A stretch of DNA of 64,000 nt from contig CAWFQL010000011.1 of NCBI GenBank assembly GCA_963817915.1, forward strand, positions 32,001 to 96,000, given 5' to 3'. The translations under genes and the position numbers were made by a program. The notes beneath the pieces are model-generated. The model was not told where the DNA came from and did not search any database. It was given only the letters and a program-made list of their open reading frames with translations. Below are positions 52,084 through 60,562 of this stretch, piece after piece (the stretch's first letter is position 1; every line of letters begins with the position of its first letter). Source of the DNA: an uncultured candidate division Zixibacteria bacterium (GTDB lineage Bacteria > Zixibacteria > MSB-5A5 > UBA10806).

Positions 52084-52580
52084 AGTAGGTCGGGGTTTGA
52101 GTCCGTTTCGGACGAAAACCCGACAAAAATAAGGCAATCACAGCGCGTTTGTTTAGATTGCTTCGTCGTCCGTCAAGAGCCGGACTCCTCGCAATGACAG
52201 GCGATGGTCGGAATCCATCTTATTGCGTGTTACAGTTTACTGTGACCGCAACCAGATATAGCCGGCAGTAGCCCAAATCTCAAAGAGATTTGGGAACATG
52301 CTCCCAAAACCACAAGGGTTTTGGGCTTCGGCTGCCCCACCGGGCCGCATTGATTTAAGGCAGTCAAGGATGACCGCCGCCCAGTATTCAGTATTCTTTA
52401 TATTGAAAAACACGTTGTAGGGGCGAGGTCAACTCGCCCAAACCTGTCATTCCTCATCCGTCAGTCGCCGGACTCCTGGTGAGCTTGATGCGGAATCTAT
52501 CTTGAATACGAGCAAGATTCCCGCTTTCGCGGGAATGACAAGAGAATAATGCTGTAGGGGTTTGATTAATCAAACCCCCA
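52084..52580. repeat. mosaic REP-like cluster
   Basis: GTAGGTCGGGGTTT..AAACCCGAC, AGATTGCTTCGTCG..CTCGCAATGAC, GTAGCCCAAATCTC..GAGATTTGGG, GTAGGGGCGAG..CTCGCCC, GATTCCCGCTTTCGCGGGAATGAC, GTAGGGGTTTGATTAATCAAACCC. Confidence 0.85.
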
Positions 52581-52622
52581 CAAAATATTAGCGCAATTAT
52601 ATATTATAACTATAATTTAAAA

Positions 52623-53087
52623 TTAATTGTCTTGATGATTTCTATTCTTGGCGTAGTAATCGCTCATAATCTCTTTTTTGTGCGATGGGAAAAAATCTAA
52701 TTTCACCTTGGTCTCGATTTTTGCCTGGTAACGTTCATTATCCGGTCCGACAAATTCACCCTTAGCCCTGACAATCACGGTTGAATCGCTCATATTGACT
52801 TCGTCCCATTCGACCGCGTAAGTCGCGCCATTAATATAATATTGAGGGGAGAGGCTGCCCTTATCTTTTCTGCCGTGACATTCGATATGCCATTTGGCCG
52901 CTTCACTGCCTGCGATTGCAGCGGTATTGGCCTTGTCCATCGGCATATCAGAATCGAATCTAATGGATGCAGAATCGGTTGGCTTATTGACCACAGTAGC
53001 CATCGATAAGGTTCCAGCTATAATAACTGCAAGCAAAGAAAAGATTAGCACCACGAAATCATTTTTATTCTCTTCACGAAATGCCAT
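52623..53087 (-). CDS. hypothetical protein with N-terminal TM (faintly pilin/PilX-like)
   Basis: 154 aa, GGAGA RBS, N-terminal hydrophobic helix followed by A..AA.AG...A. Confidence 0.6.
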   Translation of the reverse strand: MAFREENKNDFVVLIFSLLAVIIAGTLSMATVVNKPTDSASIRFDSDMPMDKANTAAIAGSEAAKWHIECHGRKDKGSLSPQYYINGATYAVEWDEVNMSDSTVIVRAKGEFVGPDNERYQAKIETKVKLDFFPSHKKEIMSDYYAKNRNHQDN

Positions 53088-53287
53088 CAGTTATTCTCCC
53101 ATTTTGATGATGAATTATTATGCGAACCTGACTCAAGCAATGCCGTTCAAAAGCATTCTAACTATCATATTTTCAAGGGCTTTGCTCATATCTGGACATT
53201 ATAAATGGCAATAACAATGCCAATATGAAACGCCTGAAAATATGAAATTATAAGTTAATGGGAGAATTTAACTTATCAAGCAAAACT

Positions 53288-53608
53288 CTATTCCTTGACC
53301 ACTTTGACCGCAGTCCCGAAAGCAAGTAATTCTGCAGAGCCTTGCATAATCGAGGCTGTAATTAATCTGGTGCCCACAATCGCATTTGCGCCCATAGATT
53401 CGGCCTGCGCTACCATTCTATCGATAGCTTGTTCTCTGGCTTCAGCAATCAGCTTTGTATAATTGTAAACTTCGCCGCCTATTATATTTCTCAGAAAAGC
53501 TATCAGATCCTGGCCAATATGTCTTGCCCTAACCGTATTGCCCTTAACCAGACCAAGGACTTCAGTAACTTTGTAACCCTTAATTTCATCTGTAGATGTC
53601 ATAATCAT
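53288..53608 (-). CDS. YbjQ/UPF0145 family protein
   Basis: GLVKGNTV...IIGGE...Y..L..EARE.A..RM...A...GANAIVG.R. Confidence 0.92.
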   Translation of the reverse strand: MIMTSTDEIKGYKVTEVLGLVKGNTVRARHIGQDLIAFLRNIIGGEVYNYTKLIAEAREQAIDRMVAQAESMGANAIVGTRLITASIMQGSAELLAFGTAVKVVKE

Positions 53609-54051
53609 AGCTCGACCTCCTCATATCTATCGTGAGCCCTTGAAAATAATCGTTCCCTTATAATTGATACTATCAAAATGATTAATCCGAAAAGCGATGC
53701 CCCCACTCCGATTTTTAATAGCATGGGCGGCTTGCTATCAAGAAAAAAATTCTGAAGCAGTTCCCATCCGCCGAAAGCCAGAAGAATGATCGTTCCAATC
53801 GAGAAGAATATCCAGCCGATTCCTCGTTCGGTCCTGTTATAGATACCGTGCCAGTAATTGGCCCAGAGCCTGTCGGGCAGATCGAAGTATTTCATTTCGT
53901 CGGTCACCTCTTTCAATTTATTCAATCTCGCGTATTCTTTTCTGCATTCATCGCATGATACCAGATGATCATTGACAGCCTTTTTTTCTTCGGGAGTCAA
54001 TTCACCATCGATAAGCCCGGAAAGGAGGATTTTTGCCTCTTCACATCTCAT
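53605..54051 (-). CDS. zf-HC2 (ZAS) anti-sigma factor with 2 TM
   Basis: C...LS..IDGEL.....HLVSCDEC followed by two TM helices; overlaps the sigma stop. Confidence 0.9.
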   Translation of the reverse strand: MRCEEAKILLSGLIDGELTPEEKKAVNDHLVSCDECRKEYARLNKLKEVTDEMKYFDLPDRLWANYWHGIYNRTERGIGWIFFSIGTIILLAFGGWELLQNFFLDSKPPMLLKIGVGASLFGLIILIVSIIRERLFSRAHDRYEEVEL

Positions 54052-54623
54052 AATTCCACCTTCTTTTTCTCCAGGATTTCGCGAAGCTTAATTCTGGCAT
54101 AATATAGCCTGGACATAACAGAGCCGCGGGGAATATCGAGCGATTGGGCTATCTGATCATAGGAAAAATCCTGGAAATGGCTTAATATTATGATTTCTTT
54201 GAAGTTTTCAGGGAGTTCATTTATCGCGGCCCAGACAGTCTTTTGAATTTCATCTTGCTGAACCATTATATCCGGACGCGCCGATGGCTTGCTATCTTCG
54301 AATTCCATTTCGTCCGATGGCATTGAAGTCGTATTGTGCCCTGCTCTTTTTCGCAAATGATTTTTGCACAGATTTCCCAGAATATGAAAGAACCATACCT
54401 TAAATGGAAATTTCTGATCGAATCGCTTGAGATGTTTATGAACTCGGACAAACGCCTCCTGCGATAAGTCATAGGCTTCATCGCTATCGCCTGTCATTCC
54501 CCGGGCATATTGATACGCCTTTTTGTAATATCGTTGGACTAATTCCTGAAATGATTGCGGATGGCCATCGAGAGCCTGGCTAACCAATTGATTATCACTA
54601 ACTTCGTTATTGATAGTCGTCAT
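54048..54623 (-). CDS. ECF sigma-70 factor
   Basis: SDNQLV..., AYDLSQEAF, SYDQIA..L.IP.GSVMSRLYYAR. Confidence 0.93.
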   Translation of the reverse strand: MTTINNEVSDNQLVSQALDGHPQSFQELVQRYYKKAYQYARGMTGDSDEAYDLSQEAFVRVHKHLKRFDQKFPFKVWFFHILGNLCKNHLRKRAGHNTTSMPSDEMEFEDSKPSARPDIMVQQDEIQKTVWAAINELPENFKEIIILSHFQDFSYDQIAQSLDIPRGSVMSRLYYARIKLREILEKKKVEL

Positions 54624-54758
54624 TGTAATAGTGCGCGCAATTCTGATTCCAGCCAATCTTAATGGGTATCCGTTCATTCCAAGACCTTTCTCTCATGATG
54701 GAATACCCATTAAGTCCTAAAATATTCAAAAGAGGATAATAGTCTTATTCATAAAGGG

Positions 54759-56063
54759 CTATTTAAATTTCTCATAAAGCTCAGTCTGGATCGATGACAT
54801 CGGCATCCGTCGGCCCTCGATAATGACTTCCGTAACCATTGTTAATGGCTGCAAGGGATCGCCGTCAAATATTGCTATATTGGCAATCCTACCCGCCTCG
54901 ATTGAGCCCAAATCTTTGTCAACTCCAAGTATCTGCGCCGGATATATTGTCACGGCCTTCAATGCCGCTTCAAATGGCAATCCGTATTCGACCGCAATTC
55001 CCGCCTGAAATCTCAAATCCCTTACTCCATGCGCTCCGCCGGTGATAATCGCAATCTTGACACCGGCCTTATCGAGCAAAGCGGCATTTTCGTAAATGGC
55101 CCCGAGTGTTTCCATCGATGATGGCTGGGTTGTAATCGGGCCGACCAGCACGGGGATATTCTTTTTTGCCAATGTCTCCGCGACCATATAAGCCTCAGAT
55201 CCGAAAAGCAGAATCATCTTGAGATTGAATTCGTCGGCGATATTGATCGCGGTTAGAATATCATCCCGCCTTTGAGCGGCGGCGATAACCGGCAGCTTTT
55301 GTTCCATTGCCATTACCAGTATTTCTTTTCCGAGATCGCGGGCCGGCATTTTCGGCTCCTCAGGCTTTTTGCCTTTGGATTGCGGGGCATTTCCGCTCTT
55401 ATATTCTTGAAGCTTGCGATCATAGTCCGCGAAAGCATTTTTATAATCTTGCGCGTCAATGAACGCCTGCCTGAGCATGGCAACCAGGCCCATGCGAGTA
55501 TCGATCTTTTTCTTATCGCGCCATTTACCTACAGCTCGCTCGCCGAAATTAATATGCAAGGCCGCCGGAGCCTTGACCAGCATTTGATCGACAGTACTGC
55601 CATACAAATCCAAAACCGCGCTTTGCCCCGAAATGACATTGCCTGTACCTGGCGCCACTAACGCAGTAGTAACCCCTTCGATCCTTGTTACGGGGATGAC
55701 TTCGGTTCGGGTATTAATGGCATCGATAACCCTGATATTAGGAGTCAATGGGCTCGAATTCTCTTCGATATCGACTGTCTGAGCAACCGCCCCGATCTCG
55801 ATCAGGCCAATATTCGAGTAAGCATCGAAAAGACCGGGCGTGATTACCTTACCGGTAGCGTCGATAATTTCTGCTTCTCTCGGAATCGCGATATCTTTGC
55901 CTACTGACGTGATCTTGTTGTTTTCGATAACAATATTACCGTTCTCAATGATTGTCCCAGACATGGTGAATATTTTACCGCCCTTGATGGCCAGAATCCA
56001 GGCGTCAGCCGATATCGATAGCATTAAGACTGATGTTACTATAACTATTAATCTACTTTTCAT
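54759..56063 (-). CDS. amidohydrolase-family protein with degenerate metal site
   Basis: GKVITPGLFDAYSNIG (HxH replaced); GSIEAGRIANI C-terminal motif; signal peptide. Confidence 0.88.
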   Translation of the reverse strand: MKSRLIVIVTSVLMLSISADAWILAIKGGKIFTMSGTIIENGNIVIENNKITSVGKDIAIPREAEIIDATGKVITPGLFDAYSNIGLIEIGAVAQTVDIEENSSPLTPNIRVIDAINTRTEVIPVTRIEGVTTALVAPGTGNVISGQSAVLDLYGSTVDQMLVKAPAALHINFGERAVGKWRDKKKIDTRMGLVAMLRQAFIDAQDYKNAFADYDRKLQEYKSGNAPQSKGKKPEEPKMPARDLGKEILVMAMEQKLPVIAAAQRRDDILTAINIADEFNLKMILLFGSEAYMVAETLAKKNIPVLVGPITTQPSSMETLGAIYENAALLDKAGVKIAIITGGAHGVRDLRFQAGIAVEYGLPFEAALKAVTIYPAQILGVDKDLGSIEAGRIANIAIFDGDPLQPLTMVTEVIIEGRRMPMSSIQTELYEKFK

Positions 56064-57342
56064 TGCTGGCCTCCATCGGTGACGGCTCTTTAGATCTGTC
56101 GAATACAATTTCGCCATCAATTATTGTCATATCGACCCGGCTATATATATTGAATGGCTGACCCGAGAATATCGCGATGTCGGCGTCCTTGCCGACTTCA
56201 ATAGAGCCGATCTTATTCTCAAGCCCCAGCGCCGCGGCGGGATTGATCGTAATTGCCTCATAGGCTTTTTGTCTGTCCATGCCATTTCTGACTGCCTTGG
56301 CCGCCATCAGCCAAAGTCTCTGAATCTCATCCGCCGAATCCGAATGGAATGTCACCCTGACACCTTTTGACGCTAATATTCCTGCCGCCTGCGGAATCGC
56401 ATCCCAGGCCTCGACTTTGAATCCCCACCAATCAACCCAAACTTCGGGGAAAATATTTCTGGCGGCTATGGAATCGGCTATCATGTAAGACTCGGTGGCA
56501 TGCTCGAAGCTCTTGATCTTGAATCCGAATTCATCCGCGACCTTCATCATCTTCAGCATTTCGTCTTTTTCATAGCAATGGACATGCACCAGAAAATCGC
56601 CATGAACAATTTTCCATAAGGCTTCGAGCTTTAGATTTCTTTCCGGCGGAGTGGTTTCGGCATTCTTCTTTTTAGCTATATCGAAACGAGCCCATTTTTC
56701 TCCATATTCTTTGCCCTTTAAGAGCCATTCTCTCATAATTGCGATATTTCCCATTCGAGTCGATGGCATCTGGCCCCGTTCTCCATAGACCATCTTGGGA
56801 TTTTCGCCTAATGCCATCTTCATTCCCGGCGGAGCGTCTGTGATCTTCATTCCTTCGACGGTTTTGCCTGGTTTTAATTTCACTACCAATGTCTGTCCCC
56901 CGATAATATTCGCGGAGCCCGGCAAAGATTGAATTGTGGTTACGCCTCCGGCAATGGCTCTTTTAATGCCGGGGTCCCGGGTATTGAATGAATCTTCAGC
57001 GCGGACTTGCGGGGTTATAGGATCGGTCATTTCATTGCCGTCATCATTGGCGGAGACATCAGGCCACGCATATACACCTATATGCGAATGGGGATCGATA
57101 ATCCCTGGCATAATGAATTTGCCGGTGGCATCGATCTCGGATGCGCCGGGCGGGGCTTGAAGATTACTGCCGATTTCGGCGATCTTCCCATCCTTTAATA
57201 AAATGTCGCCTTTATCGATAGTACCCTTTGTTACCGTGATTATTGTGCCATTCTTAATCAGCAATTCCGGATTCGCGGCGTAGATAGTTGAGGCAAACGC
57301 CACAATTATAATCGCACCGATGATCTTTGTCTTATTTATCAT
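56053..57342 (-). CDS. secreted amidohydrolase (intact metal ligands)
   Basis: MPGIIDPHSH, KMALGENPK, HVHC, EH, HSD, GSIEVGKDAD. Confidence 0.92.
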   Translation of the reverse strand: MINKTKIIGAIIIVAFASTIYAANPELLIKNGTIITVTKGTIDKGDILLKDGKIAEIGSNLQAPPGASEIDATGKFIMPGIIDPHSHIGVYAWPDVSANDDGNEMTDPITPQVRAEDSFNTRDPGIKRAIAGGVTTIQSLPGSANIIGGQTLVVKLKPGKTVEGMKITDAPPGMKMALGENPKMVYGERGQMPSTRMGNIAIMREWLLKGKEYGEKWARFDIAKKKNAETTPPERNLKLEALWKIVHGDFLVHVHCYEKDEMLKMMKVADEFGFKIKSFEHATESYMIADSIAARNIFPEVWVDWWGFKVEAWDAIPQAAGILASKGVRVTFHSDSADEIQRLWLMAAKAVRNGMDRQKAYEAITINPAAALGLENKIGSIEVGKDADIAIFSGQPFNIYSRVDMTIIDGEIVFDRSKEPSPMEASNEK

Positions 57343-57431
57343 GCAAAAATCCGCCCGTTTGTTTGATGTTTTCTATCTTGAATGATCTTTTTTGTGATTC
57401 ATATAAAGCAATATTACTGCAGATGAAGCAT

Positions 57432-58380
57432 TTAATAGTGAACAGTTAAATGCATTTTGGGATGGTATGATGCTGTCGGGTCTTGAGAAGATTTAATATA
57501 AATACTTCCCGAGCTGATTCTCATCTGCCATTTTTAACATAAATCCTGATCTTCTCAAGCCGGTCCTGAACCAGCCATTCACGAATCTTTTAATATCAAA
57601 TTCAATCCATCCGGAATATCCCGCATTCAAGGTCAGTGTATCAGATGTAGGTGTGCCGAATGTTCCGCCGGCCCCGTTAGTCCAAGGCCCTGTCCCGGTT
57701 GATAACCAGGTTGCCCCGCTTTCGGTGTAAAAATCACCAAGATTATACGCGATCAAATTGATTGGCTGGGTGGAAGTAACAGAATCGACATAAAGGCTCA
57801 ATGTTGCCGTATCGATTGCGGTAGAGGCATCAAATTGGGAGAAGTAATCATTTAAGTTCGCTACGAAATGAACCAGAGCCCTGGCAAGCGAATTTGGATT
57901 TTCACCGGTAATAATGAGCGATATCGCGCTTCCATGGTTAGTGTTGGAATCGGGCATTGAAAGATACGTATCGGCGCATCCGTTGTAGGATGTTGCCGGG
58001 CTGACTCCATTTTGAAATGTTACATTGGACAATGGGACTTTAGTCAAAGTATAATATTTATTTACCAAATCCGATCCCGCGTAAACATTGACAGTATCGA
58101 AGGCAGATGAATATCCGGGCCTGTGGACTTCAATAATCATATATCCGGCGGTCAAACCGCCAATATAAAATCTGCCGGTGGTATCGTTTGAAGTAATAGT
58201 CGTATCGAATGGCGGATGGGAAAGATCAAGATATGCCCATCTATCGGGAATCGGCGGAAGCGGCGAAAGAATTACCACTCCGGAAATCGTTCCCGGCGGG
58301 CTGGATAGCGGTCCGCCGCATGAAATCAGGATACTTGCGCTGAATACAATGCCTATAAACCAATATCCCCTTTGTCGCAT
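57432..58380 (-). CDS. lipoprotein with carboxypeptidase-regulatory-like and DNRLRE-like domains (apparent frameshift near 57510)
   Basis: Lipobox LISC; DTYLS....NHG, RALVHF, E..ATW, W.EFD; C-terminal SS.....P...TVHY in another frame. Confidence 0.75.
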
Positions 58381-58386
58381 AGCACA

Positions 58387-58415
58387 ATTTTATTTGTTAA
58401 TTCTATCAAAGTCAA
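58387..58415 (-). promoter_or_regulatory. sigma70 promoter, predicted leaderless transcript
   Basis: TTGACT-N17-TAAAAT with ATG (58380) 6 nt downstream. Confidence 0.6.
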
Positions 58416-58486
58416 GACGAATTGGCCTTAATAATCAGTTAATGCTGTCGATAATTATATAAAAAAGCTTGCCCGGGGAGTTCTAA

Positions 58487-60562
58487 ATGGAAATTATCCA
58501 GCAAAAATTAATATGGCTAATAGGCAGCCTTGCGCTGTTCTTTATAATCAGAAAATTGCAGCTGGATAAAACCGGAATCCCTCGTTCAATCGCTTCAAGA
58601 TTAAGATTGGGAGTGACGTTGCTCTTAAGCGGCTCACTTTTGGGGCTGGTTTCGCACCTTTTTTCGCTGAATTTCCAGTTATACCGAATTGACCTAAACT
58701 ATTTTGTTGAAATAGGCTTCGGATATATCGCCGGATGGAGCTTCATTATCTGGGGGATTATCGAATGGGCTAATCTTAATTTTGATAGAAAAGGCAGACC
58801 GGTTTCCATTACGGGATCTACCGCGATATCTGAAAAAATCGCCAGGGCTTTGTATATGAAGCTCAGTCCCAACTTGCTAATCGATCAGATTGCACGCGAA
58901 GTCATTGAAATCTCCGAATGCCAAGCCATTACTCTGCATCAAACAGGCCCCGATGATATCCTGGCTCTGGCTTATCAATCAGGTTTTAACACCGAAACAG
59001 AAAAAATAATAGCGATGTACGACACCGGCGGCGATAATATTTTCGCGTCTGTTTTCCGAACCAAACAGGCAGTTGTCACCGAAGACATGGCGCTTCTACA
59101 TCGAACGGAATCGCTTACAACCCGAAACGGCTCTATCTCAAGCGCTCTATCTGTTCCAGTTACGATCGGAGAGACTATCGTAGCTGTTCTGACAATCTAT
59201 CGCACGAATAGACGACATTATTCCAAAGGCGACATAGAGCTTTTGGCATTCATAGCCAATGCCTTATCCGGCTCTATTGAAAGCAGCGTGACGGAGAAAT
59301 CGTATAACGGCGGGAAAATGCTTTGCGATCTCGGCGCAGTATTGAATGATATCTATGATGGGCCAGAATCGTTAGTACAATCATTCCTGGAATCTACCAA
59401 AATAATCAATCGATATATACAATTCGAAAAAGCCGCGCTTTATCTTCATGGCAGTGGTGAGATTCAAACCTTGGAATGGAATTTTCCCGACGGCTTAAGC
59501 ACCAGAATACTCAATGGATATTTTCCTGTCGAAAGCTATCCCAGGCTGAACGGAAAGCATTCATTGAATAGTCAATCCAATATTGTCTGCAATGGCTTTA
59601 TAGAAAATTTATCCAAGCGCCCCAATATAAAGGCTAATCTTGAAATATCATTTGGACGGACAATAAGAATTGATTCAAGGGTCAGGCAAATATTCCAAAT
59701 CCTTGGCGAACAAATAATAAAGAAAATCGAATCCGAAAATCATAAAGCCGAGAAAGAGAAAATGAGACAATGGCTTGGGGCCTTACGTCTATTTCATCAA
59801 AAATCCATGGTCTCATCGAATGTCTCGGAAATGATGCAGGAAATTGCCGAGATGGTCACCAACCTGACTCCCGCGAGCCTGGCCAAAATTACTTTAGCGG
59901 ACTTTGACAAAAATATTTTCAAGACGGCCGCGATCTCGCAAGCCAGGAATTTTCGCCGCGTGCGCAAATTTGATGATAAGTTCTCAATGGGCGACGCCGC
60001 GCTTCATTTGCGGGCAATCAATGAGAATAAGATTCTGAAATTCAACCAGGAAGATATTAATCTTCGCATGACGAAAAAAGAATATGATTGCATGATGCCA
60101 ATTGGAATCAAGCACGGGATTATACTCCCAATTTCGGTCAATAATCGCGTAATTGGACTTCTGACGATCGGCGAATCCCGCAATATTCAGAGGCAGCCAC
60201 TCAATGATATGACATATTTCTTTTTATCGAACGTAATGGGCCTGATTTCTACGATATTCATGCTGCACAGGGAGAGGTTATCCGGGCAGATAAATAATGA
60301 GGGAGTCAAACGCCTCACTCTTAAATTAGGCGCGGCCGCCGAGATCAAAAAGACCGAGATCCTCCCGTTAAACATAAAATCCAGGGTAAATGGCCCATTG
60401 GCGGGCATTATGGCGTCATGCGAATATCTTAAAAATATCAATCCGGATAATCCTCGTGAGTTGAATAGATATCTGGAAATTATTGAGCGGAACGCGAATA
60501 AGATTCATCGAATTACTTCCGGAGACATCCCGGCGGTAAAAGAAATGGTGGCAAAGCAGTAA
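58487..60562 (+). CDS. membrane-anchored multi-GAF protein with degenerate HisKA-like C-terminus
   Basis: 3 N-terminal TM, GAF motifs (LSVPV..G...AVL; ILPI.V..RVIGLL), C-terminal RVNGPLAGIMASCEYL...YLEIIERNA.KI. Confidence 0.8.
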   Translation: MEIIQQKLIWLIGSLALFFIIRKLQLDKTGIPRSIASRLRLGVTLLLSGSLLGLVSHLFSLNFQLYRIDLNYFVEIGFGYIAGWSFIIWGIIEWANLNFDRKGRPVSITGSTAISEKIARALYMKLSPNLLIDQIAREVIEISECQAITLHQTGPDDILALAYQSGFNTETEKIIAMYDTGGDNIFASVFRTKQAVVTEDMALLHRTESLTTRNGSISSALSVPVTIGETIVAVLTIYRTNRRHYSKGDIELLAFIANALSGSIESSVTEKSYNGGKMLCDLGAVLNDIYDGPESLVQSFLESTKIINRYIQFEKAALYLHGSGEIQTLEWNFPDGLSTRILNGYFPVESYPRLNGKHSLNSQSNIVCNGFIENLSKRPNIKANLEISFGRTIRIDSRVRQIFQILGEQIIKKIESENHKAEKEKMRQWLGALRLFHQKSMVSSNVSEMMQEIAEMVTNLTPASLAKITLADFDKNIFKTAAISQARNFRRVRKFDDKFSMGDAALHLRAINENKILKFNQEDINLRMTKKEYDCMMPIGIKHGIILPISVNNRVIGLLTIGESRNIQRQPLNDMTYFFLSNVMGLISTIFMLHRERLSGQINNEGVKRLTLKLGAAAEIKKTEILPLNIKSRVNGPLAGIMASCEYLKNINPDNPRELNRYLEIIERNANKIHRITSGDIPAVKEMVAKQ

